Positions 18,762 to 30,051 of a stretch of 42,304 bases of DNA are shown one piece after another (the stretch's first letter is position 1; every line of letters begins with the position of its first letter). Position numbers and translations under genes: made by a program. The notes under the pieces were generated by a model. That model was given only the letters and a program-made list of their open reading frames with translations, did not search any database and had not been told where the DNA came from. Source of the stretch: a virus (Duplodnaviria; Heunggongvirae; Uroviricota; Caudoviricetes); the IMG/VR virus record IMGVR_UViG_2734482773_000007, one strand, 5' to 3'.

Positions 18762-19334
18762 ATGACTAAGAAGCTGAAAGCAAAACACGAGGTGTTTTGT
18801 CGCGAGTTTCTTGTCGATCTGAATGCTACACAAGCAGCTATTCGCGCAGGCTACGTCTCCAGGCGAGCACATGTTACGGGGGCTGAACTATACGGTAAAC
18901 CTGAGATACGCGCCCGTATTAACGAGCTAAAGCAGGAGCGTATTGATCAACTGGGCATTGATGCGAATTATGTGCTGATGCGACTGGTTGAGATCGACAG
19001 GCTCGATGTGGCTGACATCCTGGAGGACGATTTAAGTATTAAGCCTCTGTCTGCGTGGCCGGAATCGTGGCGTCGGTACCTGAGTGGATTTAACCTCGCT
19101 GAAATGTTTGAGGGGCGAGGAGATGACAGAGAAATGGTCGGGATCCTTAAAAAGATTAAGTGGCCTGATAAGGTTAAAAACCTTGAGTTGCTTGGGCGTC
19201 ATGTTTCTGTTCAGGCGTTTAAAGACAACGTCAAAAATGAAGTGACTGGCGCTGATGGAGGACCCGTCAGAACAGAAATTACCAACTTAACGCCGGAGCA
19301 GGCTGCAGAGGCGTATAGAAAAATGATGGGCTAA
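18762..19334 (+). CDS. terminase small subunit
   Basis: 190 aa; N-terminal [24 protein letters not shown] is the typical Terminase_2-type HTH signature; precedes TerL. Confidence 0.75.
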   Translation: MTKKLKAKHEVFCREFLVDLNATQAAIRAGYVSRRAHVTGAELYGKPEIRARINELKQERIDQLGIDANYVLMRLVEIDRLDVADILEDDLSIKPLSAWPESWRRYLSGFNLAEMFEGRGDDREMVGILKKIKWPDKVKNLELLGRHVSVQAFKDNVKNEVTGADGGPVRTEITNLTPEQAAEAYRKMMG

Positions 19335-19336
19335 GT

Positions 19337-20959
19337 ATGCCGTTACCATTCCCCTTCGATTTTAAACATCCTGATTACCAGATGGTTTTTGAATGGCGGA
19401 TGGAACGCCTACAGCGCATTCGCCAGAATCCTGAAATATTGCCCGTATTGAAGCAGTTTTACCGAACCAATCCGGCTCAGTTCATCATCGACTGGGGCAT
19501 GACAACGGACCCGCGTAATATTGATTATGGCCTGCCGGTGACCATTCCGTTTTTACTCTTCCCTAAGCAGGAGGAGTGGATCCACTGGATTATGGAACGC
19601 TGGGGCAATCGGGAGAATGGTATTACCGAAAAATCCCGTGAAATGGGGCTCAGTTGGACCGCGATCGGACTGGCCTGCTCGCTTTGTCTCTTCAACAAAG
19701 AAATGGTTATCGGTTTCGGCTCCCGTAAAGAGGAATACGTCGACAGCACTGGTGACCCGAAAGCATTGTTCTGGAAGGCACGCAAGTTCGTGGAAACGCT
19801 ACCTGTAGAGTTTCGCGGTTCGTGGAGCGAGAAGAAGCACGCGCCATATATGCGTGTTGAGTTTCCTGAAACTGGTGCCGTTATCAAAGGCGAGGCTGGC
19901 GATAATATTGGTCGTGGTGACCGTACCACGCTTTATCTGGTTGATGAGGCTGCATTCCTTCAGCGTCCTCTGCTGATTGATGCGGCGTTGTCACAAACGA
20001 CGCGTTGCCGTATCGACCTGAGTTCAGTTAACGGCATGGCTAACCCGTTCGCTCAGAAGCGTCATGGCGGGAAGATACCGGTATTCACATTCCACTGGCG
20101 GGATGATCCTCGCAAGGATGAAGAGTGGTATCGCAGGGAATGCGAGAAAATCGATAATCCGGTGGTGGTGGCACAGGAACTTGATCTGAACTACAGCGCA
20201 TCAGCGGAAGGAGTCCTGATTCCATCCGAATGGGTACAGGCTGCCGTTGATGCGCATATCAAACTGGGTATCCAGCCAACAGGCAAACGACTTGGCGCGA
20301 TGGATGTCGCCGACGAAGGCAGGGACAAAAATGCCTTTTCCACCCGTCATGGCTTCCTCCTGGAAAATGTGCGGGAATGGTCCGGTGTGGGCAGCGACAT
20401 TTATCAGTCCGTCGAGAAGGTTTTCGGCTTTTGCGAACAGGACAACCTCGAAGAGTTTCGCTTTGACGAGGACGGGCTGGGCGCTGGCGTTCGCGGCGAT
20501 GCACGCGCTATCAACGAACTGCGTAACGCTGCGCGTCGACCGTCAATACTTGCCACACCGTTTCGAGGTAGTGGCGCGGTATTTGATCCGGATGATGAAG
20601 CTGTTCGCGGGGACAACGGGCAAGCCGCACGTCTGAACAAGGACTTCTTCGCTAACGCCAAAGCCCAGAGCTGGTGGCGGTTACGTAAACTTTTTCAGAA
20701 TACCTGGCGCGCCGTGGTTGAAGGTATGGCTTACAACCCGGACGAAATCATCTCAATCAGCAGTAGCATGGCACTCAAAGATAAACTCATCATCGAGCTT
20801 TCGCAGCCGACCTATTCCATTAATGGTGTGGGAAAAATAGTTATTGATAAACAGCCTGATGGAACCCGATCGCCAAACCTTGCCGACTCGGTGATGATCA
20901 ACTATGCCCCAATGAATTCAGCCCTGAACATCTGGGAGCTGCTAGGGAGACAGGCCTGA
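19337..20959 (+). CDS. terminase large subunit
   Basis: 540 aa; Walker B-like LYLVDEAAF, deviant Walker A-like region; position between TerS and portal. Confidence 0.7.
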   Translation: MPLPFPFDFKHPDYQMVFEWRMERLQRIRQNPEILPVLKQFYRTNPAQFIIDWGMTTDPRNIDYGLPVTIPFLLFPKQEEWIHWIMERWGNRENGITEKSREMGLSWTAIGLACSLCLFNKEMVIGFGSRKEEYVDSTGDPKALFWKARKFVETLPVEFRGSWSEKKHAPYMRVEFPETGAVIKGEAGDNIGRGDRTTLYLVDEAAFLQRPLLIDAALSQTTRCRIDLSSVNGMANPFAQKRHGGKIPVFTFHWRDDPRKDEEWYRRECEKIDNPVVVAQELDLNYSASAEGVLIPSEWVQAAVDAHIKLGIQPTGKRLGAMDVADEGRDKNAFSTRHGFLLENVREWSGVGSDIYQSVEKVFGFCEQDNLEEFRFDEDGLGAGVRGDARAINELRNAARRPSILATPFRGSGAVFDPDDEAVRGDNGQAARLNKDFFANAKAQSWWRLRKLFQNTWRAVVEGMAYNPDEIISISSSMALKDKLIIELSQPTYSINGVGKIVIDKQPDGTRSPNLADSVMINYAPMNSALNIWELLGRQA

Positions 20960-22425
20960 TGGCACGAAACAAACAAGCCCTGCGGCGAACTGCGCAGGCC
21001 ACAGCTGATGGTTATGAGAATTTTATTGCCCGCGTAGGGATGCAGACACCTAACCAGCACTCAGCATCCACCTACCGGGCTAATTTCACCAGTCGTAACC
21101 GCATGCTGGTGGAATGGTCCTATCGTTCGTCCTGGATCATCGGCGAAGCGGTCGATGCTATCCCGGATGATATGACCCGCAAAGGCATTCGCATCACTTC
21201 GGAAATTGATGCAAAAGATCGCGGCATTCTCGAATCACAACTGGATGAGTTGCAAATCTGGGATGCGCTGAATGACGTGCTGAAATGGTCGCGCCTCTAC
21301 GGCGGCGCGGTGGGTTTCATCATGATTGAGGGGCAGGCACCAATGACCCCGCTGCGACCCGAAACCATCGGTAAGGGCAAGTTTAAGGGGATTCTCCCGC
21401 TCGACCGCTGGATGATTGACCCGGTACTGACCCGCCGCATTAAAGATATGGGGCCGGACCTGGGTAAACCTGAGTTTTACGATGTGGTGACCACAGCAAC
21501 GGGAATTCCTGCCTGGCGCATTCATCACAGTCGACTGATTCGCTTTGATGGCGTCACGTTGCCATTTCAGCAGAAGATGACCGAGAACGAATGGGGAATG
21601 TCGGTTGTAGAGCGTATCTGGGATCGGCTTACCGCGTTCGACAGCGCTACTGTCGGCGCGGCGCAGCTGGTCTACAAAGCGCATTTGCGTACCTACAGCG
21701 TGGAGAAGCTACGCGAGCTTATCGCACTTGGTGGTCCTGCGTATGAAGCGTTGCTGAAGAATATTGACCTGATTCGACAGTTCCAGAGCAATGAAGGCAT
21801 GACTCTCATGGACTCGCGGGATAAGTTTGAAACCCATCAGTACAGCTTCAGTGGTCTGGATGACATCCTTTCACAGTTTGCAGAACAGATTAGTGGAGCT
21901 GTTGGTATCCCACTGGTGCGGTTGTTCGGACAGTCCCCGAAGGGATTTTCTACCGGCGATGCAGACCTTGCCAACTATTACGACCGGGTAAGCTCGTTAC
22001 AGGAGAGGCGTTTACGTCTTCCGGTGCGGCGGATACTGGACATCATGCATCGTTCGGAGCTTGGCAAGCCGCTGCCGGACGATTTCACGTTTGAGTTTAA
22101 CCCGCTCTGGCAAATGTCTGATGTCGATCGCTCAACGGTGGCGTTAAACACTACCAACGCAATCAGTACGGCGCTGGGTGATGGTCTGATGACACTGAAA
22201 GCCGCTATGACTGATTTGCGCGAAAATTCTGACGTAACCGGCATCGGGGCATCCATTACCGACGAGGACATCGAGAATGCCGAAGATGAAGCGCCGCCCG
22301 GCATCGGCGAACCTGATGACGAACCGCAGGAACCGTCAGGCGGAAATCCGCTATCGAACCAGCCTACGCAGGATAGCGCGGGCGGTCGGAGACATCGTAA
22401 ATGGTCGCTACGATGGTTCAAATGA
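20959..22425 (+). CDS. portal protein
   Basis: 488 aa, position after TerL (ATGA-type start overlap), acidic C-terminal tail; family resemblance to DUF1073-type portals. Confidence 0.65.
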   Translation: MARNKQALRRTAQATADGYENFIARVGMQTPNQHSASTYRANFTSRNRMLVEWSYRSSWIIGEAVDAIPDDMTRKGIRITSEIDAKDRGILESQLDELQIWDALNDVLKWSRLYGGAVGFIMIEGQAPMTPLRPETIGKGKFKGILPLDRWMIDPVLTRRIKDMGPDLGKPEFYDVVTTATGIPAWRIHHSRLIRFDGVTLPFQQKMTENEWGMSVVERIWDRLTAFDSATVGAAQLVYKAHLRTYSVEKLRELIALGGPAYEALLKNIDLIRQFQSNEGMTLMDSRDKFETHQYSFSGLDDILSQFAEQISGAVGIPLVRLFGQSPKGFSTGDADLANYYDRVSSLQERRLRLPVRRILDIMHRSELGKPLPDDFTFEFNPLWQMSDVDRSTVALNTTNAISTALGDGLMTLKAAMTDLRENSDVTGIGASITDEDIENAEDEAPPGIGEPDDEPQEPSGGNPLSNQPTQDSAGGRRHRKWSLRWFK

Positions 22426-23050
22426 CAGTATCACGGAAATTATTGAGGCGCTGGAACGCTACAGTGAAATCATCACCCCCTGGGCGACAAAGGTCGCGGA
22501 AAACTTTACTGCGGACCTAACCCGGCAGAACGAGAAAGTTTGGCGGCAACACAGCAAGAACATCAGTCGCGAGCTCCGCAATCTTGTGGAAAGCGCTCCT
22601 GTGGGCCAGGTGATGCAATCCATCATCGCCGAACAGGTCAAGTACATCAAATCGCTCCCCCTCGAGGCGGCTGACAGGGTGTACGACATCCAGAATCGGG
22701 CGATTGAAGCTGTTGTGACCGGTGGGAGAGCAGAACATTTTGCTAAAGAAATAGCAGCATCGGGTGATATAGCAAAGTCCAGAGCTGACCTGATTGCCCG
22801 TACTGAACTTGGACGTGCAACCGGCGCGCTGGATCAGGCGCGTGCGCTGGCAATTGGTTCGAATGGTTATATCTGGCGTACAGCCGAAGATGGTGACGTC
22901 AGGCATTCTCATCGGGAAATGGAAGGTAAATTTGTCGAATGGGGCAAACCTCCAACGCTTGACGGCATGACAGGTCACGCTGGCGAGTTCCCGAATTGTC
23001 GTTGTTATAAAGAAATTGTTTTTCCCACCTCCCATTCTTACCCCGCCTGA
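22277..23050 (+). CDS. head morphogenesis protein (Mu F / SPP1 gp7-like)
   Basis: 257-aa ORF; position after portal; overlaps portal 3' end by about 149 bp in another frame (start may be the internal Met at 22316). Confidence 0.55.
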   Translation: MPKMKRRPASANLMTNRRNRQAEIRYRTSLRRIARAVGDIVNGRYDGSNDSITEIIEALERYSEIITPWATKVAENFTADLTRQNEKVWRQHSKNISRELRNLVESAPVGQVMQSIIAEQVKYIKSLPLEAADRVYDIQNRAIEAVVTGGRAEHFAKEIAASGDIAKSRADLIARTELGRATGALDQARALAIGSNGYIWRTAEDGDVRHSHREMEGKFVEWGKPPTLDGMTGHAGEFPNCRCYKEIVFPTSHSYPA

Positions 23051-23064
23051 ATCGCAGGTAACAC

Positions 23065-24285
23065 ATGAAATATTTTTTCAATACCCGGCTGGGGGAAACC
23101 CGCTATCAGCTGGCTGACGGCTCGTTGCTGTGCAAAGACGTGCCGATAGGACGAACAGGTAAGCAGCTCTATGGTGCTGATGACCTGCCAAAACTGAAAC
23201 CCGATAAGTTCGGTGAAATAGTCGTCACGCGTTCTCCTGAGCAGGTATTCCATCCCGCCACGCTTGCCTCATTCGAAGGAATGAGTATCACGGTGTTGCA
23301 TCCCGAGGATGAAAACGGGGATGTGCGGCTGGTGAATCCAGAGAACTGGAAAGAGCTCGCGGTCGGGCATCTTCAGAATGTCCGGCGCGGGACGGGTGTG
23401 CAGTCTGATTTGATGCTGGCTGACCTTATCGTCAAAGACGAAAACGCCATTCAGCTGATCGAAGATGGCCTGCGCGAAGTGTCGTGTGGCTATGACGCGG
23501 AATATAAGCAGACTGAGCCGGGTAAGGCTGAGCAGGTTGATATTACCGGAAACCATGTGGCTCTTGTCCCCAAAGGCAGAGCCGGAAATCGTTGTGCAAT
23601 TGGAGACAGAGACACAATGGCAAATCAAAAGAAAAGCTGGTGGACCCGCATGCGCACGGCCATCAAAACGGGTGACGCTGACACCATGAACGAACTGGTG
23701 GAGTCGGCTCCCGCATCGGTTACAGGAGATGAGGGGGATTTGCCGCAGGGCGTTAATCTCAACATCAACCTGTCCCCGCAGCAACCGCTACCGGACAAAG
23801 CACCAGAGATGGGCGGAGGTCCAACGGGCGACAGTGATGATGACCTCAAAACATTACTGAAAGCCCTGCTGGCTAAGCTGGAAGGAAATGCGACGGGCGA
23901 TAACGACAATAAGCCTGACGATAATCCGACCGGTGACGGCGAGGACGATGAAGAGGAAACCACGATTACTGGTGACTCAGCCTGGCGTGCCGAAGTTATC
24001 GTTCCGGGTATTGATCTGAGCCGTAAGATGAAACCGACCGCGTTCAAACGTGAGGTTCTGGCTTCTGCTGACAAAACGCTGGTTCGCCAGATAGTCGGTG
24101 ATGCGGATATCCGCAAATTGCCGAAACAATCGGTCGACATGGCGTTTAATGCCGTGTCTGAGATTGCCAAAGGGCGAAACACCCGCGCCACCACCGGCGA
24201 TGCACAGCGCCCAAATATGGGCATGACCAGTATCGCTTCCCTGAACAAACAAAACGCTGAATTCTGGGCAAACCGTAAAGGGTAA
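23065..24285 (+). CDS. scaffolding/prohead-core-like protein with acidic low-complexity region
   Basis: 406 aa; central highly acidic tract (GDSDDDL ... GDGEDDEEETT) typical of scaffold proteins; between portal/morphogenesis and capsid genes. Confidence 0.5.
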   Translation: MKYFFNTRLGETRYQLADGSLLCKDVPIGRTGKQLYGADDLPKLKPDKFGEIVVTRSPEQVFHPATLASFEGMSITVLHPEDENGDVRLVNPENWKELAVGHLQNVRRGTGVQSDLMLADLIVKDENAIQLIEDGLREVSCGYDAEYKQTEPGKAEQVDITGNHVALVPKGRAGNRCAIGDRDTMANQKKSWWTRMRTAIKTGDADTMNELVESAPASVTGDEGDLPQGVNLNINLSPQQPLPDKAPEMGGGPTGDSDDDLKTLLKALLAKLEGNATGDNDNKPDDNPTGDGEDDEEETTITGDSAWRAEVIVPGIDLSRKMKPTAFKREVLASADKTLVRQIVGDADIRKLPKQSVDMAFNAVSEIAKGRNTRATTGDAQRPNMGMTSIASLNKQNAEFWANRKG

Positions 24286-24288
24286 AAA

Positions 24289-24795
24289 ATGAATAATGTA
24301 TTTCTGTACCGGATGCCTGTTGGCATTGCCGGGGCTGTCTCTCGCCCGCAGGACTTAACCGTCGAACCGGTTGTCCTTAAATCCGATAACGCCTTCGCTG
24401 CCTATGGCCTGGCTGGTAAATACGATGATGACGGTTTTTTCGTGCCGCTGGCAGATGGTGATACCGCAGACAAGGTGAAGGGGATCTACGTGCGCCCTTA
24501 TCCGACCACGTCGCAGCCGGACATGGTTCGCCAGGTGGGAACAGGCAAGAACTTCCCGGGCGACGCCATGAAGCGTGGCTACGTGACCGTTAATCTCGGT
24601 TCTGATTTTGATGCCAGCACCATCAAAAAAGGCGACCCGGTATACGTTGTCGTCTCCACTGATGAATCCATCAAAGTGCCGCTGGGTGGATTCATGTCCA
24701 CGTCAGTCAGTGGCAAAAATGTGGTGCTGACCAACGCTGAATTCACAGGTGCCGGTGATGCTGACGGCAATGCAGAAATTTCCTGGAAGATTTAA
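24289..24795 (+). CDS. head structural/decoration-like protein
   Basis: 168 aa immediately upstream of the major capsid gene. Confidence 0.45.
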   Translation: MNNVFLYRMPVGIAGAVSRPQDLTVEPVVLKSDNAFAAYGLAGKYDDDGFFVPLADGDTADKVKGIYVRPYPTTSQPDMVRQVGTGKNFPGDAMKRGYVTVNLGSDFDASTIKKGDPVYVVVSTDESIKVPLGGFMSTSVSGKNVVLTNAEFTGAGDADGNAEISWKI

Positions 24796-24806
24796 GGAAC
24801 AGACGA

Positions 24807-25748
24807 ATGATTACTTTTGATCAGGCAACCGTTGACAGCTCTGGTGCCTTTCTCATCGGGGAGCTGGAGCGACTCGACCAGACGCTGAACCTGCCACTGG
24901 TGGGGTACACCTGGACCCGCGATATTCAGTTGCGTGAAGATGTCTCTATCGCAGATGACATTTCCAGCTGGACGAATACCAGCTTCGCCGCTGCGGGTAC
25001 TGGTGCAAATCCGAATGGCAAAAACTGGGTAGGCAAAGACTCAACCGCTATTGCTGGCGTGAACGTGGATATCGGCAAATCCGGTAACCCGCTGAACCTG
25101 TGGGGGATGGAACTTGGCTGGACGGTCATAGAATTGCAGGCTGCTCAGCAGGTCGGCCGCCCGATTGATACGCAGAAGTATGACGGGATGCAACTGAAAT
25201 GGCAGATGGATAACGATGAACAGGTATATGTTGGCGATTCCGCATTAAACCTGAAAGGCCTTGTTACCCTGGACGGCGTGCCTGTCAACAACGCTGCCAA
25301 AACGTGGGCAACCTCAACACCGGACGAAATCCGCGCAAGTATTAACCAGGTGCTGTCTGATGCGTGGGCCGCTTCTGGTTACTCTGTGGTTCCGCGTGAT
25401 TTGCTGATCCCGCCTGAGCAGTTTGCTCTGTTGTCCAGCATCATCGTTTCATCTGCGGGTAACCAGTCCCTGTTGACGTATCTTCAGACCAACACCATCA
25501 GCTATCACCAGAACGGTGTTCCGCTGAATATCCGCGCGGTTAAATGGCTGAAAGGCCGTGGTGTGGGGAAAAAGGATCGCATGGTTGCGTATACCAACGA
25601 TAAAAAATACGTCCGCTACCCGCTGGTTCCGCTTCAGAGCGTGCCGGTGCAGTATCGCGGTCTGTATCAGATCGTCACTTACTACGGCAAGCTGGGTGCG
25701 GTTGAGCCAGTGTATAAAGAAACTCTGTCCTATGTGGACGGTATCTGA
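24807..25748 (+). CDS. major capsid protein
   Basis: 313 aa; position and size; followed by a strong stem-loop typical of capsid mRNA 3' ends. Confidence 0.65.
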   Translation: MITFDQATVDSSGAFLIGELERLDQTLNLPLVGYTWTRDIQLREDVSIADDISSWTNTSFAAAGTGANPNGKNWVGKDSTAIAGVNVDIGKSGNPLNLWGMELGWTVIELQAAQQVGRPIDTQKYDGMQLKWQMDNDEQVYVGDSALNLKGLVTLDGVPVNNAAKTWATSTPDEIRASINQVLSDAWAASGYSVVPRDLLIPPEQFALLSSIIVSSAGNQSLLTYLQTNTISYHQNGVPLNIRAVKWLKGRGVGKKDRMVAYTNDKKYVRYPLVPLQSVPVQYRGLYQIVTYYGKLGAVEPVYKETLSYVDGI

Positions 25749-25758
25749 TAACCAGAAT

Positions 25759-25774
25759 GGCCCCGAAAGGGGCC
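25759..25774 (+). other. perfect stem-loop GGCCCC-GAAA-GGGGCC after the capsid gene (mRNA stabiliser/attenuator)
   Basis: Read from sequence; no U-tract follows, so probably not a full terminator. Confidence 0.4.
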
Positions 25775-25788
25775 TGAAGGAAACTGAA

Positions 25789-26157
25789 ATGGCGAAAGAA
25801 AAACTGGTTACCATCCATGTTCACACCCCGTTTACGCTGACGCTCGGCGATCAGTCAAAACAGGAGTTTGGCCGGGGACGACATAACGTACCGGAAGAGG
25901 TCGCGTCGCACTGGTTCACCCAGGCGCACTCTGAAATTTCCGAAAGCGTGATTAGCGACACCGATGATCTGCAACCCATTATCGACGGCCTGCAAGCGCA
26001 GATTGCCGACAAAGATAAGCTGATTGCCGATCTGAAAGATGCATTGCTCAAACTGCAGGAGCAGAACGATAGCCTGCAGGCGCAGATTACTGCCGCCCGG
26101 ACTGGCGGTAATGGGGCTAAAGATGCCAAAGAATCAAAGTCTGCCAGCGGTAAGTGA
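25789..26157 (+). CDS. hypothetical head-associated protein with coiled-coil C-terminus
   Basis: Start moved to ATG at 25789 ([10 protein letters not shown]) downstream of the stem-loop; the longer tracked ORF begins inside the capsid gene. Confidence 0.5.
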   Translation: MAKEKLVTIHVHTPFTLTLGDQSKQEFGRGRHNVPEEVASHWFTQAHSEISESVISDTDDLQPIIDGLQAQIADKDKLIADLKDALLKLQEQNDSLQAQITAARTGGNGAKDAKESKSASGK

Positions 26158-26530
26158 TTTTCGCCGCGACTTCCCGCAGTTTGCTGACCCGGCAAAATAT
26201 CCCGACGCCCAAATCGGGTTCCGTCTGAATCTGGCCGATGAACTGCTGAGCGAAAATGTCACCGGCAAAAAGTTGTTTCCGTACTTTGCCGGGTTGTTCG
26301 TTGCGCATTACATGACGCTCTGGGCGGCAGACAGCCGGGCTATTCTGGCTGGTGGTCCGGGCGGTTCAACCAATGGTGTTCAGTCCTCAAAGTCCGTTGA
26401 CAAGGTAAGCGTCAGCTATGACACCAGCGTGACGCTGAATCCTGATGCAGGTTTCTGGAATAACACCCGATATGGCGCTGAATTTTATCAGTTGATCACG
26501 ATGTTCGGTGCAGGCGGTCGCCAGCTATGA
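26123..26530 (+). CDS. head-tail connector-like protein
   Basis: Start chosen at [10 protein letters not shown]; operon position. Confidence 0.45.
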   Translation: MPKNQSLPAVSDFRRDFPQFADPAKYPDAQIGFRLNLADELLSENVTGKKLFPYFAGLFVAHYMTLWAADSRAILAGGPGGSTNGVQSSKSVDKVSVSYDTSVTLNPDAGFWNNTRYGAEFYQLITMFGAGGRQL

Positions 26531-27081
26531 GTTTCAAAAGCGGTGTAACAACGAGGGTGGATAACACTAAGGCCATTCTGGATGCGCTCAGGTCGTTAAC
26601 CAAAAAAGATGTGCTGGTCGGCATCCCTTCGGAAGACAGCGGGCGGGATGATGTTCCGTTTGGTAATGCGGGCATCGGTTACCTCAACGAATACGGCTCA
26701 CCAGAGCAGAACATCCCGCCACGACCTCACCTGGTCCCCGGCGTTAAATCGGCAGAAGAGCAGACGGTGCCGCAGCTCAAAGCCGCGGCGCAGGCTGCAC
26801 TTGATGGTAATGCTGCGGGAGCAGAACGCGCACTCAACCGTGCCGGAACACTGGCCGCTAATGGCGTCAGGCGTTACATGACCATTACCGGCTTTACGCC
26901 GCTTGCTGACAGTACTGTTGAAGCCCGGGCTCGTCGGGGGCGCAAGGGGGCAACACTGGAACTTGCCCGGCGTGCTGCTGGCGAATCCCCGGGAACCGAA
27001 CTGGCGAAACCATTAATTGACACCGGGCAATATCGCAGAGCGATTACCCATGTTGTGAGGGATAAAAATGCCGACTCTTGA
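26527..27081 (+). CDS. head-tail joining/structural protein
   Basis: 184-aa ORF with 4-bp overlaps on both sides (tight operon). Confidence 0.5.
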   Translation: MSFKSGVTTRVDNTKAILDALRSLTKKDVLVGIPSEDSGRDDVPFGNAGIGYLNEYGSPEQNIPPRPHLVPGVKSAEEQTVPQLKAAAQAALDGNAAGAERALNRAGTLAANGVRRYMTITGFTPLADSTVEARARRGRKGATLELARRAAGESPGTELAKPLIDTGQYRRAITHVVRDKNADS

Positions 27082-27457
27082 TGTAACAGATGTGCTTTTT
27101 GACCCCGATTTTTGCGACTTCAATTTGTGGGTAACACGCCGTGTGCAAACGGTGGATGAGGACGGGATCGGCAGCGACAGCGAAGTTAAAAAGCAGTTTG
27201 CCGGAGTCGTAACTGTTGATCGCTCTCTGGAAAACCGTCGTATGCAGGCCGGGCAGGTAATCAGTGGTGCAATTCTGATTGTGACGACTGAGCGACTGAC
27301 GCAGGGACAGACTGGCCGTGATGCCGATATCGTGACGTATCAGGGCCGTGATTATCGTGTGACTTTCGTCGACCCGTATACAGCGTATGGTGCCGGATTC
27401 GTTCAGGCGCATTGTGAGTTGCTGCCGTTTGATGGGGGAATTCCGGTTGAGCAATAA
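27068..27457 (+). CDS. head-tail adaptor-like protein
   Basis: 129-aa ORF in structural operon. Confidence 0.5.
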   Translation: MPTLDVTDVLFDPDFCDFNLWVTRRVQTVDEDGIGSDSEVKKQFAGVVTVDRSLENRRMQAGQVISGAILIVTTERLTQGQTGRDADIVTYQGRDYRVTFVDPYTAYGAGFVQAHCELLPFDGGIPVEQ

Positions 27458-27995
27458 CACCAGCACAGAGCGCGGATGGCTGATACCAACCAGTGGCGAT
27501 CCGGATTATGACGAAGCGCTCGACAGGCTGTTAAGCCAGTGGATGCGTAACGTTTCCGGTCTGTCTGCCGGGATGGTTCGTCCGCGCTGGCAGAAAGAGC
27601 AACCGCCACTGCTACCGGCTGAAACGAACTGGTGTGCGTTTGGGGTTATCGGATGGTCAGGTGATGACAGTCCGGCATTCACCAGACAGACCGATGATGG
27701 CTCTCAGCTCTGGCGGCATGAAACGATTGAGTGTATGGCTTCGTTTTATGGTCCGGCGGGGATGGTGTATGCGTCCCGGTTTCGTGACGGTATATCTGTA
27801 CCGCAGAACAACGCAGCACTGAATGCGCTGGGGCTGTCTCTTGGCGATTACACAGGTCTGACTCCCTTCCCTGAACTTATTAATCAGCAATGGGTCCGCC
27901 GCTACGATATGACGGTGCGTCTGCGCCGGAAGGTTGTGCGCGAGTACGGTATTAAATCGCTGGTGGAAGCACCAGTCATCTTTTTCGGAGATTAA
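27432..27995 (+). CDS. tail completion-like protein
   Basis: Start ambiguous (27387 or 27432); operon position. Confidence 0.45.
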   Translation: MGEFRLSNNTSTERGWLIPTSGDPDYDEALDRLLSQWMRNVSGLSAGMVRPRWQKEQPPLLPAETNWCAFGVIGWSGDDSPAFTRQTDDGSQLWRHETIECMASFYGPAGMVYASRFRDGISVPQNNAALNALGLSLGDYTGLTPFPELINQQWVRRYDMTVRLRRKVVREYGIKSLVEAPVIFFGD

Positions 27996-27998
27996 GCT

Positions 27999-29144
27999 AT
28001 GGCACAGGGCTTGCCTGTATCAAACGTTGTTAATGTTGATGTGATCATGTCGCCGCGTGCAGCATCAGGGCGAAATTTTGGTGCATTACTCATTCTCGGC
28101 CCGTCCACAATCATTCCGGTAAGTGAGCGCATTCGCCGTTATTCTGCCGCGGAAGATATTGGAAAAGATTTTGGCGTGGAATCACCAGAATATAAGGCTG
28201 CGCAGGTGTTTTTCTCACAATCACCGAAACCTCAGGAGGTTTTTGTTGGTCGTTGGGTGAAAACGAAGGGAGACAGCGAACAGGCCACGCCTGAGACGCT
28301 GGAGCAGGCTGTGAATGCCATGCTCGATTATACTTCATGGTATGGGCTGGGGATTGCTGACGATGAAGATATTCCGGATGCAGACTGGCTGAAAGTGGCT
28401 GCGGCGATCGAATCCTCTTCTGTAAGCCGTATTCTGGCGATTACGACAAGCGATGAGAAATGCCTGCAGACTGCATCCAGCGATGATTTGGCATCAAAAC
28501 TGAAAACCGCCGGATATTCACGCAGTTTTATTCAGTATTCATTGGGTAATAAATACGCTGCGTTATCTGCATTTGGCCGGGCATTCACGGTTAATTTCAA
28601 TGGCAGTAATACCGCGATTACGCTCAAGTTTAAGCAGGAGCCGGGTGTCGGGTATGAAACACTGACAGTCAGCCAGGCATCGGCACTTGATGCAAAAAAC
28701 TGCAATGTGTTCGTGTACTACCAGAATGATACAGCTATCCTCCAGCAGGGAGTGATGGCTAACGGCGATTTCTTTGATGAACGCCACGGCCTGGACTGGT
28801 TACAGAATTATGTGCAGACCAACCTCTATAACCTGCTTTATACCAGCACCACGAAAGTTCCCCAGACTGAAGCCGGTATTACCCGACTGTTATCAAATGT
28901 TGAAAAATCACTGGATCAGGCCGTTCAGAATGGACTGATTGCTCCGGGCGTATGGAACGGGGGCGACCTTGGTCAGCTGTCATCAGGTGACACACTGCCC
29001 AAAGGTTATTACGTATACGCCCAGCCGCTGAATGAACAGGCACAATCAGAACGTGAAGCCCGTAAGGCTCCGGTGATTCAGGCTGCAATAAAACTTGCAG
29101 GCGCGGTTCATTACGCTGACGTACAGATTAACGTTGTTCGCTAA
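27999..29144 (+). CDS. tail sheath-like protein
   Basis: 381 aa directly upstream of tube-like, chaperone and tape-measure genes; assignment mainly positional. Confidence 0.5.
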   Translation: MAQGLPVSNVVNVDVIMSPRAASGRNFGALLILGPSTIIPVSERIRRYSAAEDIGKDFGVESPEYKAAQVFFSQSPKPQEVFVGRWVKTKGDSEQATPETLEQAVNAMLDYTSWYGLGIADDEDIPDADWLKVAAAIESSSVSRILAITTSDEKCLQTASSDDLASKLKTAGYSRSFIQYSLGNKYAALSAFGRAFTVNFNGSNTAITLKFKQEPGVGYETLTVSQASALDAKNCNVFVYYQNDTAILQQGVMANGDFFDERHGLDWLQNYVQTNLYNLLYTSTTKVPQTEAGITRLLSNVEKSLDQAVQNGLIAPGVWNGGDLGQLSSGDTLPKGYYVYAQPLNEQAQSEREARKAPVIQAAIKLAGAVHYADVQINVVR

Positions 29145-29154
29145 GGGGAAGTGA

Positions 29155-29595
29155 ATGTCTACCTATTCTTTTATGGATGTCACTGCGACGCTGACCGGGC
29201 CGACCGGTTCGATTGACCTCGGGTACGGTTCTGCAAGTTCTGAAGAGGGGATTGTGGTTGCGATGGGCGGTCCTAAAAACACCATGACCGTCGGTGCTGA
29301 TGGTGAAGTGATGCACAGTCTCCATGCAGATAAAAGCGGGACGATTACCGTTAACCTTCTGAAGACATCACCGACAAATAAAAAATTGTCGCTGGCGTAT
29401 AACGCACAGAGCCAGTCTTCTGCCACATGGGGGAATAACGTTATTGTGATCCGAAACAAGGTCAGCGGCGACATCATCACGGCACGTAGTGTTGCGTTCC
29501 AGAAACAACCGGATAATGCCAACGCTAAAACCGGTAATACGATGCCGTGGGTGTTTGACTGCGGCAAGATTGACCAGGTTCTCGGGGAGTTTTAA
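29155..29595 (+). CDS. tail tube-like protein
   Basis: 146 aa between sheath-like gene and tail assembly chaperone. Confidence 0.5.
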   Translation: MSTYSFMDVTATLTGPTGSIDLGYGSASSEEGIVVAMGGPKNTMTVGADGEVMHSLHADKSGTITVNLLKTSPTNKKLSLAYNAQSQSSATWGNNVIVIRNKVSGDIITARSVAFQKQPDNANAKTGNTMPWVFDCGKIDQVLGEF

Positions 29596-29598
29596 TAC

Positions 29599-30051
29599 AT
29601 GGAATTCGAAATCAAAGGCGTGAAATATCGCGCGGTAAAACTCAGCGTTTTTGACCAGCTGAAAGTGACCCGCAAACTTCTGCCGGTGCTGGCAGGAATG
29701 ATGTCAGATTTCGGGAGCATTCGCTCCCGTTTGCCTGCTGACGGCAAAATCGACACCGTGAAATTCGAGCAGTTAAAACCGGTGTTTGAAACCATGCTCC
29801 CGCGTATCGCTGAGGAATTGTCTTCCCTGACCGAAGATGACACCGATGCGATTATTCATCCCTGTCTTGCGGTGGTATCGCGGCGTCATATGGACGGATG
29901 GGTGCCGGTATTTACCCAGGGCGAACTGATGTTTGATGATATTGACTTGCTGGTCATGCTGCAGCTGGTGGCGCGGGTGGTCGCCAATTCGCTGGGAAAT
30001 TTTTTGCCTACATCCCTTACCAGCACGACGCAGAGCCTGCAACAGGGCTGA
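29599..30051 (+). CDS. tail assembly chaperone (G-like, short form)
   Basis: 150 aa immediately upstream of tape measure; contains slippery run AAATTTTTTG near its 3' end. Confidence 0.6.
   Translation: MEFEIKGVKYRAVKLSVFDQLKVTRKLLPVLAGMMSDFGSIRSRLPADGKIDTVKFEQLKPVFETMLPRIAEELSSLTEDDTDAIIHPCLAVVSRRHMDGWVPVFTQGELMFDDIDLLVMLQLVARVVANSLGNFLPTSLTSTTQSLQQG

Noticed and set aside
25558-25788. Long form of ORF 25558..26157 starting inside the capsid gene
   Set aside because: It overlaps the major capsid gene and the post-capsid stem-loop; the ATG at 25789 gives a clean start just after the hairpin.
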